Both the position numbers and the translations under genes were made by a program. Below, piece by piece: positions 22,787-32,738 of a stretch of DNA of 64,000 bases. A model generated the notes under the pieces. It was not told where the DNA came from, made no database searches, and was given only the letters and a program-made list of their open reading frames with translations. Position 1 is the first letter of the stretch. Every line of letters starts with the position of its first letter. Source of the DNA: a virus. The DNA lies in IMG/VR virus record IMGVR_UViG_3300030104_003872, positions 1-64,000 of that record. One strand, given 5' to 3'.

Positions 22787-23191
22787 TCAAACCGTATTGT
22801 CTCCGGACAATCGGCTCGTTGTGCTCTTTGTGCTAAACGCAGTACCACCTACTTCTCTAACTTGTGCATACAAGTCATCGGCTCTTTTACTCATTTCTTT
22901 CAACTGCTCACGGAATCTTTGTTCCGCGTACCGACCATCTTCTTCTGTATAGTATGAGGGGATTGTGTCAATTAAGACTAATAAACAATCTACCGCAACT
23001 CTTGTTTTGATTACTGCTTCTTTTAAGTCTGTTGAAACTGCGTTTTCTGCGGTAACTCCAAAAAGAGTACTGCTTCTAGCCGTCTTGTTTATTTCTAGTG
23101 TACGAATGCTAATATATTCGTTAATAGTACCTTCCAAAAGACCTCTAGGACGATTTAACAAGTCTCTGACGTTATCAGTTGTTACTGCCAT
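22787..23191 (-). CDS. Head completion/connector-like protein
   Basis: Likely start MAVTTDNVRDLL at 23191 (GGAGTGG upstream); helical ~134 aa protein downstream of the capsid gene. Confidence 0.5.
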   Translation of the reverse strand: MAVTTDNVRDLLNRPRGLLEGTINEYISIRTLEINKTARSSTLFGVTAENAVSTDLKEAVIKTRVAVDCLLVLIDTIPSYYTEEDGRYAEQRFREQLKEMSKRADDLYAQVREVGGTAFSTKSTTSRLSGDNTV

Positions 23192-23519
23192 ACCACTCCT
23201 CCGGTACATCCATGACCCGCATGGTATTTGGGACTTGTGCTTCGTTAAGCCTCCCAACAACCGTAACAATGTGTGGTTTTGAATCAACTATTGCTCTAGC
23301 ATAAGCACTAGATGGGACCCAAACGCTTTCGTTGTTTGGAAAGTCCCTTGCAGGACCTGTTCCTCTAGATGTTGGCTTAATAGACCTAAGCACATACCCT
23401 TTACCGCTTTCGCGGGTCGCTAGTATAGTTTCTAATTCAGTGACCGTTGCTTTGCTAGGGAAGTCGATGCCTTTGTCTTTTAATTTCTTAATCAGACTTG
23501 CTCGGTTGCTTTTCGCCAT
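23175..23519 (-). CDS. Hypothetical protein with N-terminal HeH/LEM-like helices
   Basis: LIKKLKDKGIDFPSKATVTELETIL; common motif in post-capsid genes. Confidence 0.5.
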   Translation of the reverse strand: MAKSNRASLIKKLKDKGIDFPSKATVTELETILATRESGKGYVLRSIKPTSRGTGPARDFPNNESVWVPSSAYARAIVDSKPHIVTVVGRLNEAQVPNTMRVMDVPEEWYGSNN

Positions 23520-23622
23520 CTTTCTTCACCTTCTTTGCTTTAGCCTTTGGTTTCACTTCGGGTTCGGCAGGTGGAGCCGTTTCTGACTCCACCCACTGAT
23601 TTCCGATGCGTATTCTCGCCAA
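23488..23622 (-). CDS. Small Lys/Pro-rich protein (44 aa, not in ORF track)
   Basis: TTG start after AGGTGG; MARIRIGNQWVESETAPPAEPEVKPKAKAKKVKKDGEKQPSKSD*. Confidence 0.55.
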   Translation of the reverse strand: MARIRIGNQWVESETAPPAEPEVKPKAKAKKVKKDGEKQPSKSD

Positions 23623-23632
23623 TCTAACCACC

Positions 23633-24586
23633 TTAAGCGATTAGGTCAGTCATCTTAACTATGCGGTTGTTAACACCGCTACCGGCCGCGTTTCCTGTGT
23701 CTTGGTGCTCGTGGATAACCATACCGAAGTATGATGTTAGCAACCAATCGTAACCTAGACCTGGAATCCTTGTTAATTCGGTTTCCATAAAGCCCGGTCC
23801 GTTGTACTGGAAGAACTCTGCGGTTGTTGCTCCGGGGACCAAAAGAAGTCCATCGTTCTGCAATGCACCGCTTGTACCTGCCGCACCTGCTCCGTTTCCG
23901 AAGTCACGGGTGTAGTAGACTGCAATGTTAGCAATGTCAGCCATGTGCTCTTGTAGTGATAGGATTACGTTACCAAACAGTTGTGTGTTTAGCATAGTGC
24001 TTCTGCACAGTGTTGGTAGAACCAAAGCAAGTCCTTCGTCACCACTAACTCTAGCGTTAGTGAAGATTAAGTCCATAGCGTCAAGCATATTCTGCTCTGG
24101 GTCTGCCGCATTTCCACCGTTCCACTTTGCAGTTCCTCCACCGATAGCAAGGGTTTGTCCTGCTCCAGCACGAAGGTTTGTTAGAATTAGGTTATCAATA
24201 ACTGATGCCCTGTTAGTAATGATAGCAAGTTGTTGCCTGTCAAGGGTTTCCCAAGTCTCGCCACGTAGTCTTACTGAATCTAGGAAGGTTGTTCGACCTT
24301 GTCCTTTCTTCAATACAACACTGTAGGATTTGGTTAATTCTTTGGTTGCGTCAACGATTGCGTTATCATCTAGTGGGTAGGTGAATGTTCCTTCAACACC
24401 TGTGTACCACTTGAATGTTAGCCAAGGTACTGTTCGTACTCCAACTAATTTTGTACCTACCGAAATGGTTAGTGACTGCAATTGGATAAAGTCTCTTAGA
24501 GTCTGCTCCAATACAGAATCGCCCTTTCCAAAAGGACCATCTTTCGCTTCTACTTGCAATATTTCTTCTAGTGTTCTACCTGCCAT
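23633..24586 (-). CDS. Major capsid protein (HK97 fold)
   Basis: 317 aa; canonical order portal-protease-cement-MCP. Confidence 0.8.
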   Translation of the reverse strand: MAGRTLEEILQVEAKDGPFGKGDSVLEQTLRDFIQLQSLTISVGTKLVGVRTVPWLTFKWYTGVEGTFTYPLDDNAIVDATKELTKSYSVVLKKGQGRTTFLDSVRLRGETWETLDRQQLAIITNRASVIDNLILTNLRAGAGQTLAIGGGTAKWNGGNAADPEQNMLDAMDLIFTNARVSGDEGLALVLPTLCRSTMLNTQLFGNVILSLQEHMADIANIAVYYTRDFGNGAGAAGTSGALQNDGLLLVPGATTAEFFQYNGPGFMETELTRIPGLGYDWLLTSYFGMVIHEHQDTGNAAGSGVNNRIVKMTDLIA

Positions 24587-24592
24587 ACTTAA

Positions 24593-25018
24593 TCACCATC
24601 CTGAGTTGTTAGTATTGATAGGCACTAACTCGCCCGCCACAACAACTTTTGCGTGGTCTCCAACGTACATCCCAACTGCGGTTGCACCTGAGGACTGTGT
24701 AGCGTCAACATGACCTGCGGCCGTGTCTGAAAGATAAACTGTTGCACCTAGATTGTAAGTACCTGCGTCTGCTCGCATCCATAGTACTCCACCGGAAGGA
24801 CAGTATGTTACTGTACCTGCCGCAACTAATGCTCCATCCACATCTCGGGATGATTCATCAAGTGAAACTGCAAATGGTGTATCTGCATCAGCAGAAGTTG
24901 TTCCACCTGCAACTGTAAGAGCTCCGCTTGCTACCTTTAGTATGTAACCGCTTGATGCTACTGTCTGTCCGCTCGCTAGTGTTCCTGTTCTTGTATTACT
25001 GTTACCAATGCTACTCAT
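24593..25018 (-). CDS. Capsid cement/decoration protein
   Basis: Small Ala/Gly/Thr-rich beta protein (GATVYLSDTAAG..AVG) between protease and MCP. Confidence 0.7.
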   Translation of the reverse strand: MSSIGNSNTRTGTLASGQTVASSGYILKVASGALTVAGGTTSADADTPFAVSLDESSRDVDGALVAAGTVTYCPSGGVLWMRADAGTYNLGATVYLSDTAAGHVDATQSSGATAVGMYVGDHAKVVVAGELVPINTNNSGW

Positions 25019-25019
25019 A

Positions 25020-26756
25020 TTATCTTTCCTCCGTGAAGTTTAGAATGTCTTTTTGTCCTTGTGATAGGTCTTCGTATCGTGTTGCCCTATCATCAGCGGC
25101 TCCAAGACCTCTGTTGTATGCACTAACCCATGAATTGAATGCTCTAGCGTAAATGCTTTCAGCAGTCTTTAGGTGTGTACCGTTGAAGTAGTTAGCCACG
25201 AATACGCCGTCATCAGATGCGATAGGGGCTGATGCCTCTACCATTTTTTCTGTTGCCGCCTCAACTGGCTTCATTTCAACAACCTCGGGTTCGGGGTTAG
25301 AAGCCTTCCATGAAGCAATAAGGTTAGTTATTACATCAGCAGACAAAGTTTCGTGTCCCTTTAGTCCGAGGGCAGTCGCGTCCGCAACCAAAGATTCGCG
25401 TACTGCTTCCGCTTTTTCCGCTTCTCTGGCCTCGAACTGCTCAATGGTTGCTTTGCTAAGAATTAACTCTGCTTTCAACGCATCGAGCTCATCGTTATTT
25501 ATTTCAGATACTATTGTCTCGTCTGTCATGTTCAATGCCTCGTTGGCTTGCACTTGAGCCGAACCATACTTAAAGTTAGCGACAGTTGCAGTTGGTTTTG
25601 CCCGCTCTTTAACAGAAACAACCCTCGCCTCGTCGATAGAGGCATCGGGATAAGCAGGGTGATGAACGATAGCCAAATGGTCTAAAGTAAAGTCACTAGC
25701 GAAGAAAGCATATCCTGTTTTCTCCTCATACTTAGTAGGTACTCCGTACCCACCGATAGATACTCCGTACTCTGGTCTTAGCCATAGGCCGGATTCAAGT
25801 GCTTCAAAGAGTTCTTTTCTATGGACTTCTGCTTCATAGGTTACTTTCCAGTACTCTTCTTCTTCTGTTAATTCCGCTCCTGTAACAACACCAACAACGG
25901 CTTCATCTACGCCACCGTCCATATTCCTTCCGAAACCACCTGCGGTCGCTTTGGGATGATTTAGTGTTAAGTCTATACCTTTTAGTTGCTCGACAACATT
26001 TCTACCTGCTTCTAATCCTAATTCCCAATTGTTTTTGTTTTTACCACTATGGAATGCAATACCTTTAATCATAACAACAGTCTTACCTGTGGATGCGTTA
26101 AGATACAATTTAGATTCGTCAACTGTTAGTTGTATAGCCACATTTACCATTTCATCTTCTGCACAACCACACCCACACGGTCCTTTTGCTTCTTGGGTTA
26201 GTTTATTGACAGGGGTTTTAGACCACATCTTACATGACCAGTAACCTGCTTTAGTTTTATCTTTCTTTTCGGCACAATTATGCCTATCACGGAATGCCTT
26301 TCTTCTTTTAGGGTCATCACGCTTGATTTCCATGTTTGGGTCACCGAATCGTACTATTACAACACGACCGGACTTGTTCTTGACATATACGGCAAACTTT
26401 TTATTACCACCCTTTGTTCTGAACGGTTTGTTAAGGGAAACTTTTTTTCCACCATACTCGGCCGCAATATCTTCAAAATATGTTGCTTCTTCTGATTCTT
26501 CCCCCCAATCTTCATATGCAATTGCTTTTTCTTTGCAGTTATCTAATTCTTGACATTCTGCTTCACAACCGCAGTCTGCACTTGCTTTGTGGTCAGCAGG
26601 GGAATGGGCTTTGTCTTGGTCCATAAAGGTGTGTCCTTCATGTGCAACCATGCAAGCATCTTCTGAATGACCTGCAAGTGTGCATCTAGCCATATATTCA
26701 TCATGCGTCTCATTATCTACAGGAGTTGGTGGGTTGACACCTTCAGCAGATTTCAT
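25020..26756 (-). CDS. Prohead protease/scaffold fusion with N-terminal Cys/His-rich and DUF6321-like basic domain
   Basis: Protease-like core (GIAFH..NKNNW, LNHP, VSIG, DHLAIVHHPAY); C-terminal coiled scaffold; inserted KKFAVYVK...VRFGDPNM...RRKAFRDRHNC...AGYWSC domain. Confidence 0.75.
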   Translation of the reverse strand: MKSAEGVNPPTPVDNETHDEYMARCTLAGHSEDACMVAHEGHTFMDQDKAHSPADHKASADCGCEAECQELDNCKEKAIAYEDWGEESEEATYFEDIAAEYGGKKVSLNKPFRTKGGNKKFAVYVKNKSGRVVIVRFGDPNMEIKRDDPKRRKAFRDRHNCAEKKDKTKAGYWSCKMWSKTPVNKLTQEAKGPCGCGCAEDEMVNVAIQLTVDESKLYLNASTGKTVVMIKGIAFHSGKNKNNWELGLEAGRNVVEQLKGIDLTLNHPKATAGGFGRNMDGGVDEAVVGVVTGAELTEEEEYWKVTYEAEVHRKELFEALESGLWLRPEYGVSIGGYGVPTKYEEKTGYAFFASDFTLDHLAIVHHPAYPDASIDEARVVSVKERAKPTATVANFKYGSAQVQANEALNMTDETIVSEINNDELDALKAELILSKATIEQFEAREAEKAEAVRESLVADATALGLKGHETLSADVITNLIASWKASNPEPEVVEMKPVEAATEKMVEASAPIASDDGVFVANYFNGTHLKTAESIYARAFNSWVSAYNRGLGAADDRATRYEDLSQGQKDILNFTEER

Positions 26757-26758
26757 GC

Positions 26759-26809
26759 TTAGTACCCCTTTTTCTTCTTCTTACTTATTTTTTTCTTTTT
26801 GTATGCCAT
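26759..26809 (-). CDS. Putative 16-aa poly-lysine micropeptide
   Basis: MAYKKKKISKKKKKGY*; ATG overlaps the portal stop (TAATG), GAGGTGA upstream. Confidence 0.5.
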   Translation of the reverse strand: MAYKKKKISKKKKKGY

Positions 26810-28224
26810 TATTCAGTCACCTCTTTATCTTGTTTGAGTGTATTATCACGAGGGTTGCGACCTTGCGGTGCAGTCTCTGGCTCAGGCTTAAAGTCCTCGC
26901 CTCCTTTAACCTTTTCCATGTGTACTATGTCTCTCGCCTCATTCTTCGTCATTAAGCCCATAGTATATCCGGTAGTTGCCCTTTTCATTGATTCACCCCT
27001 AGATTCTTCTTCTATTGGTTTGAAAGTCATTAGAGGTAAATCTTCTTTGGTTGCCTGTATTCCTAGTAATTCTAGGTGTTTCAAAAAGAGGTGACAACAT
27101 GATTCTATCGCTACCGCTTGAAGCCTTCTGATAGCATTTATACTCCACATAGAAGCAGAGTAGGTAGCCGCAAACGTCGAACCCCTTTCTTGACCTGCCG
27201 CGACCCTTGGTACTTGTAAAACTGCTGATATATCCCCATTTACTATGTCTAAGAAAGCAGTTGGGTCGGGGATAGTGTTTTTCAAATCAACGTGGTGCAT
27301 TTCAACATAGGAAGGAAGTATGGGTATCTGGTCACCCCTTAGTCCTTCTAGCAATTCTGCAACCTGCGTCATTATGTATGCTAGTCTTTGTTGTTGTTCG
27401 TCTGGGTCTGTGATATGTTCAACAGATTGTGCATCAATAGTAATGTATTGCTTAGTTAGTGCTTCTTCTAAGGCAATTCTGTTATTTATCATGTTGTATT
27501 TTGCTCGGATGGGTTGCTTTAGGCTTGAGAACCTAGAAGCACCCCAAACGCCGTAACTCCAGCGTCCGAGCCTATCTTGAAACCAATTGCTTCTGTAATC
27601 TATACGGGTGTGCCATATTTCGTCAGTAGGAAACTCTTGTGGATAAGTACCTTGCTCTTGTAGCATATAGAGCGTAGGCTTCATAATAGGTGACTCGCGT
27701 GTAACCGAAGGTGGTTGAATACCTCTGCTATCCTTTATAGTTATTTGATGAACAGGAAGAGATTGTACTTCTGTTACCCCAACCCCTGTCTTACCAACTA
27801 ACTTATTGATGTCGTTGCCATAAACCATTAGGTTACGAAGCATATTAATAAGAATATCATCAAAGTCAATTGCATACACAAATTGTTCGATAGCATTTCT
27901 AATTTTCCTATTCCTTCCTTTTGAATAGTCTATTTCCCAATTGTTAGCGGTCAGGCTTACTGAACGGACCGCACCATTCAACTCAGGGTCTAATTTTAAC
28001 ATTTCATCGTACAAATCGAACTCGTCATCATATTTTGTCCTTCCAAAAGACCTCTTGTGGTCACGAAGATGCTTTGTGTCCTCAAAAACATCAGATAAGC
28101 CCGCCACTTGTGCAAAACTCATAGGTCTATTTACTGCTACACGCTCGACACGCTTTTCTCCATCAATTTGACCGTCTTTTGGTGTAGAACGACGGAAGAA
28201 ATCAAATATTGACCGCTCAGCCAT
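26809..28224 (-). CDS. Portal protein
   Basis: 471 aa; LYDEMLKLDPEL, NLMVYGN, YGVWG.S, ISAVLQVP, MTKNEARDI portal-like motifs; first gene of the head operon. Confidence 0.85.
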   Translation of the reverse strand: MAERSIFDFFRRSTPKDGQIDGEKRVERVAVNRPMSFAQVAGLSDVFEDTKHLRDHKRSFGRTKYDDEFDLYDEMLKLDPELNGAVRSVSLTANNWEIDYSKGRNRKIRNAIEQFVYAIDFDDILINMLRNLMVYGNDINKLVGKTGVGVTEVQSLPVHQITIKDSRGIQPPSVTRESPIMKPTLYMLQEQGTYPQEFPTDEIWHTRIDYRSNWFQDRLGRWSYGVWGASRFSSLKQPIRAKYNMINNRIALEEALTKQYITIDAQSVEHITDPDEQQQRLAYIMTQVAELLEGLRGDQIPILPSYVEMHHVDLKNTIPDPTAFLDIVNGDISAVLQVPRVAAGQERGSTFAATYSASMWSINAIRRLQAVAIESCCHLFLKHLELLGIQATKEDLPLMTFKPIEEESRGESMKRATTGYTMGLMTKNEARDIVHMEKVKGGEDFKPEPETAPQGRNPRDNTLKQDKEVTE

Positions 28225-28304
28225 GACACTACCGAAAAGCCTTAACTGTTAAAAGGGTTCTGTTAAACCAAATCCTTAAATATGGATATACTTTCGGATA
28301 TACC

Positions 28305-29807
28305 ATGAGCGGCGAAAGAAGGATAGCACTAAGGGAAAAAACATTAAATTACATACGACCACATTTAGAGCATTGGACTGGAACTGATGCTCAGTTCGCT
28401 GATTTTCTTTACGAAGTTAATTATCTTCAGAAAGGCGAAGGACCTGCAAAACCTCTTTCTTGGAGAAACACAGTATCAAGATTTAGAAAACTATACCCTA
28501 GAGAAGCACCTATAAATGACATTTTCACTAATGGAAAAGAAATGTCTTTAGATGAAGCAGATGCAACATGGATTTCTGATGAACCTTACTATTACAATTC
28601 TGAAACCGATGTTTATGTTACTTTCATAAGGTCAGCAGGTAATAAGCCTGTTACAGTTAGTGGGGATGTTCATAGGGCAATGAAATCTGCTTATAGCAAC
28701 ATGGTCAACAAACCTTCAAGTATGAATCAAATATCTAGGGATTTTCAGATTCCCCGTGCATGGTTTGACGAATATAGACGAGTTCATGGTTGGACTCACG
28801 ATATGGACCCATTTACTAATGAAGAATTGAAAGATGCTGATTCAGTCGAAGACCTTGTTGATGAATTAGTGTTACGCCGAAGGCGTTCTCTACATATAAC
28901 TTATGAAAAGAAAAAGTGGGATGAAATACAAAAAGACGCTGAAAAATGGAGAGAATTTGAAGATACCTTTATCGAGCACCTAAAGATTCATAAACCGGAA
29001 CATAGAGAAGTACAAATGATTACTTTACAAGAAACTGACCCCTATGCACTTGTTATATCCCCCACAGACCTCCATTATGGAAAATACGGATGGGAAGATG
29101 AAGTAGGGGAAAGATATGACTTTGACGAAGCACGAAAAAGACTTCACGAAGCGACTAGTGCATTAATTTCAAGATTAGGCGGAACACCGGAAAAAATTAT
29201 AGTCGCGGCTGGCTCAGATTGGTTTCATGTGGATAATGACGGTGGCACAACAACTGCGGGTACTGCACAAGACAGATACGGTAGTCCGGCACAGATTTTG
29301 ATGCAGGGTTGTGAATTAGCAAAAGAGCACATAGATATGCTTAGAAGTGTTGCACCTGTTGAAGTTGTTTTCATGGCGGGTAATCATGACCGTCATTCAA
29401 CCTTAGCATTAGGGCTATTTTTGAAAGCAACTTACGAATCTTGTGATGACTGTACCGTTATTCTTGATGCAAACATGAGCAGACAGTATATTACCTATGG
29501 AAATACACTTTTAGGCTTTACACATGGAGATGGTGTGCGATTTAATCAATTACCTTCAACTATGGCTAAAGAACAATGGGAGAATTGGGGTAAGTGCCGA
29601 TATAAGGTATGGTTTTCCGGTCATCTTCATCATCAAGCCCTAAAAGAGCATGGTGGTGCGTTTTGTGTTCAATTACCTAGTCTTGCCGGACATGACCGTT
29701 GGCATCATAGAAAAGGATTTGTGAGCCAAGCCGGAATGTCTGCACATTTAATTGACCGCGAAGAAGGTATGATAGGAAGTATGTTTAAGCCCGTAGTCGA
29801 TGAGTGA
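28305..29807 (+). CDS. Calcineurin-like metallophosphoesterase with N-terminal extension
   Basis: DLHYG, GSDWFH, GNHD, HGD and GHLH motifs. Confidence 0.85.
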   Translation: MSGERRIALREKTLNYIRPHLEHWTGTDAQFADFLYEVNYLQKGEGPAKPLSWRNTVSRFRKLYPREAPINDIFTNGKEMSLDEADATWISDEPYYYNSETDVYVTFIRSAGNKPVTVSGDVHRAMKSAYSNMVNKPSSMNQISRDFQIPRAWFDEYRRVHGWTHDMDPFTNEELKDADSVEDLVDELVLRRRRSLHITYEKKKWDEIQKDAEKWREFEDTFIEHLKIHKPEHREVQMITLQETDPYALVISPTDLHYGKYGWEDEVGERYDFDEARKRLHEATSALISRLGGTPEKIIVAAGSDWFHVDNDGGTTTAGTAQDRYGSPAQILMQGCELAKEHIDMLRSVAPVEVVFMAGNHDRHSTLALGLFLKATYESCDDCTVILDANMSRQYITYGNTLLGFTHGDGVRFNQLPSTMAKEQWENWGKCRYKVWFSGHLHHQALKEHGGAFCVQLPSLAGHDRWHHRKGFVSQAGMSAHLIDREEGMIGSMFKPVVDE

Positions 29808-29813
29808 TTTACG

Positions 29814-29939
29814 GTGCTAGTGTGCGACTACTGTCAAGAAACGTCTATCTCCGCTCCTTATATGACTCATGACATTTACTTAAAGACATTGGGACTATGC
29901 CCCGTATGTGGGAAAAACGGAAGTGTAAGAAATGTCTGA
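29814..29939 (+). CDS. Small Zn-ribbon protein (41 aa, not in ORF track)
   Basis: GTG start; CDYC...CPVC; overlaps the terminase start. Confidence 0.5.
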   Translation: MLVCDYCQETSISAPYMTHDIYLKTLGLCPVCGKNGSVRNV

Positions 29940-31434
29940 TATACTAAGAGGATTTAATTTAGAGCGTTCAAGAACAGATTTTAAGCATTTTTATGAATGG
30001 GTTGGTTATGTTTGGGGCGACCACATAGGCGAATGGGATAAATTGTATCGTGATAGGCAAGAAGCCAATGTTCACCGTGTTTGTATCATTGCTCCGCGTG
30101 ACCACAGTAAGTCAACAACCTTAAGAATGGTAATGTTGCATCAATGCCTATTCAATACATGGCGAGACAAGCCTTTTACTATATGGTTGTTCTCTGCGTC
30201 TAAAGAATTGGCCGCTAACAGGCTCGAAGAAATACGAGGCGATATGATGCGTCATAGAGAACTTAGAAAGTTTATTGATATGCGAAGGGGTGGAAAACTT
30301 AACTTAAGATTCACAAATGGGGCATGGATTAAGGCTACCGGTATAGGTTCTGCTATTCGTGGTGAACATCCGGCTTGTATTGCTATGGATGACGTACTCG
30401 ATGATACAGGAGACATTACCCCCGAATCCACTAGGCATTGGTTTAGAAAAAAGATAACACCGATGCTTTCTCCCGGAACTTGGATGTATTGTGTCGGCAC
30501 ACCAATGGGAATGACTGATTTATACCACACCGAAATGCTAGAGAACCCTGCTTGGAAAACATGGCTCGGTTCTGCTTTCCCCAATTGGGATGAATGGAAG
30601 TCTGACCCCGATGGTGTGGATTTAGAATGCCTATGGCCGGAACATCGGTCACTAGACTTCTTGATGGAACAAAAACAGGCTATGGGGGATTTAGCATTCG
30701 TACAAGAATATCTTTGTAAGGTTGTGGATGAAGATGCTCAAGTTTTTACTAGGTACGATACGCGAGCACACTTAGAATCAACCGATATAATGATGACAGG
30801 TAAAGAATTAGATGGAAAATACGCCATAGGCTTTGACCCTGCACATGGATTGGGAAGAGACTATTCTGTAATGGTTGTTGTTAGGCAAGATAAGGATGGT
30901 GACCTTCATGTTGTTGATTTATGGAGACGTAATGATTTTCCCCCTGCGAAGCAGGTCGATGAGATTTTGTCTATGTGTAAAAAATATGATAATCCGGCTT
31001 TTGCTTGCGAAGATGCGGGATTCCAAAGGCTCTATGAACAATTATTGTTAGAAAGGGGGGCAATGGTGGACTTTAGACCTTCTAAGGTAAGTAATAAGAC
31101 ACTAAAACAGGCACTATTGAATAGGTTGCGTGTTTGGTTTGAACAACAGAGGATTCACTTTCCATTTGGGGATGATAAAACTAGAAGAAACATGAACATC
31201 ATCTTAGAAGAATTAGACCACCATGTATGGAAGCAAGGCGAGATTATGGACGTTGGGAGACACAACGATACAGTAATGGCTCTTGCACACGCAGTTGACC
31301 AGTTTTATTCGTGGGATAGGGGAGCACCTGTTGCTACCGGAAAGATTGAATCAAGTGGTTGGCTTCGACCGGATGGTGAATCTAAAGCACCAAGATATAG
31401 CAGACCGCAGACAGGACGCTACCGCATACTTTAG
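29932..31434 (+). CDS. terL: Terminase large subunit
   Basis: Walker A APRDHSKST, IRGEH..IAMDD Walker B, VGTP motif III, QEYLC, RNase H-like GFDPA..DYS and HNDTVMA. Confidence 0.95.
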   Translation: MSDILRGFNLERSRTDFKHFYEWVGYVWGDHIGEWDKLYRDRQEANVHRVCIIAPRDHSKSTTLRMVMLHQCLFNTWRDKPFTIWLFSASKELAANRLEEIRGDMMRHRELRKFIDMRRGGKLNLRFTNGAWIKATGIGSAIRGEHPACIAMDDVLDDTGDITPESTRHWFRKKITPMLSPGTWMYCVGTPMGMTDLYHTEMLENPAWKTWLGSAFPNWDEWKSDPDGVDLECLWPEHRSLDFLMEQKQAMGDLAFVQEYLCKVVDEDAQVFTRYDTRAHLESTDIMMTGKELDGKYAIGFDPAHGLGRDYSVMVVVRQDKDGDLHVVDLWRRNDFPPAKQVDEILSMCKKYDNPAFACEDAGFQRLYEQLLLERGAMVDFRPSKVSNKTLKQALLNRLRVWFEQQRIHFPFGDDKTRRNMNIILEELDHHVWKQGEIMDVGRHNDTVMALAHAVDQFYSWDRGAPVATGKIESSGWLRPDGESKAPRYSRPQTGRYRIL

Positions 31435-31637
31435 AATATGTACCATATTAGTAAAAACATACAGTCAAACCAAATGAAAAGCCAAATTAGGTCGTCTATC
31501 CAATCATTTTCCCCCATGTCAATGAATCTGAGGAACCACTTAGGTATTTTCATCAAACAATGATGCGTCCATAGAGCATATAGACTTATCTTTATAATGT
31601 CACTCCGAAAAAAATTAGAGAAAACTCTCGTAGGCAC
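31431..31637 (-). CDS. Possible small hydrophobic protein
   Basis: Trp/Phe-rich C-terminus; convergent with terL; start uncertain. Confidence 0.3.
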   Translation of the reverse strand: MPTRVFSNFFRSDIIKISLYALWTHHCLMKIPKWFLRFIDMGENDWIDDLIWLFIWFDCMFLLIWYIF

Positions 31638-31876
31638 TAGGCGGAGATATATGGGCTAAATGCGTGATTTATGGCCTTCTATTATATACTAAGGCCGTAT
31701 TTCACCATTTGCTGATATCGGATATTGGTGTTGTCCTTCGGGGCTTCGGACGAAAGCATCTGAACATAACAGGCTAGAATTAGCCTTCCGAATGCTTTGC
31801 CGGACACAAGATGGAAGGCGAATGGAATAAACAAACCAATCGGGCAAATAATCAACATCTGAAAGGTGAAGAAGCA

Positions 31877-32314
31877 ATGGCTAAGGCTAAGGCTAAGGCA
31901 CTATATCAGATGGATGCGGAAGAAGCGATTGCTTCGTTCAATAGTACCCGTGCTGACAACAGTAAGGGATTGGGCAAAGCAATAGTGCATAAGCCCCGAA
32001 TGCGTAAGGCATCCGGCAGTCATGTTATGATTGTTGATTTGTCTAAACTGCCTAAGGGAAGCACGGTTGAACACCATCTAGGCTTGGCAACAAGTAAGGT
32101 GAATGGGAAACCTGCTAAATATGCTTGCGTGTGTCTAACACACAATAGAAGCGTACTATGCACAACACGCCATCAGGCAACCTTCGGGGCAGTCTTTACT
32201 GCCCTTAAGGACGCTAGGACACCGAAGCAACTGATTCAGTCTAAGGGATTTACCCTAACTGATGGAATCGGTTGGTGTGATGGTTGTGTGAAGGCTTCAT
32301 TAGCATCTGTCTGA
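31877..32314 (+). CDS. Small basic Cys/His protein, paralog family member 1
   Basis: Start MAKAKAK after AAAGGTGAA; CVCLTH...WCDGC; distant similarity to 33403, 34261 and 41112 proteins. Confidence 0.75.
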   Translation: MAKAKAKALYQMDAEEAIASFNSTRADNSKGLGKAIVHKPRMRKASGSHVMIVDLSKLPKGSTVEHHLGLATSKVNGKPAKYACVCLTHNRSVLCTTRHQATFGAVFTALKDARTPKQLIQSKGFTLTDGIGWCDGCVKASLASV

Positions 32315-32498
32315 AATGTGTCTTGCCACTATTAGGTGAAGTGGGCTTCCGTAATATGCTAGATATGTATGCGTCAATGAACAGTCAATCAGACTAACCA
32401 AACGATACCCAAGATTAGCACCTGTACAGGATGGATTTCAATGGCTATATCCCGCCGTTAAATCCTGTATAGTTTGAAGCCCCTTCCCACACGAAACC

Positions 32499-32651
32499 AT
32501 GATTTTGAAAAGGTATTTTATTGAATGGCGTGATGGAACAATAACCGAAATTAGCATTGATGAATTGAAGCGATTAGATGAATCAGGATTCCCGAAATCC
32601 ATGCTTAATTTCATGGAATATCGGGCGTTTAGGAAGTGGTTGAAGGATTAG
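32499..32651 (+). CDS. Small hypothetical protein (50 aa, not in ORF track)
   Basis: MILKRYFIEWRDGTITEISIDELKRLDESGFPKSMLNFMEYRAFRKWLKD*. Confidence 0.55.
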   Translation: MILKRYFIEWRDGTITEISIDELKRLDESGFPKSMLNFMEYRAFRKWLKD

Positions 32652-32700
32652 GCCGAAAGGCCACCTTCTTCCCTTTTTTTTGTGTTTTTTCAGATTTTTT
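32651..32700 (+). terminator. Hairpin plus long T-tracts
   Basis: GGCC-GAAA-GGCC followed by three runs of 6-8 T. Confidence 0.65.
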
Positions 32701-32738
32701 GAATCTACCGCATAAAAGATGGTTAAAGCCTTCGGTCC

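Noticed and set aside
31710-31760. Hammerhead ribozyme (CTGA...GAAA)
   Set aside because: Core reads CTGATAT rather than CTGANGA and the stems do not fit the consensus.
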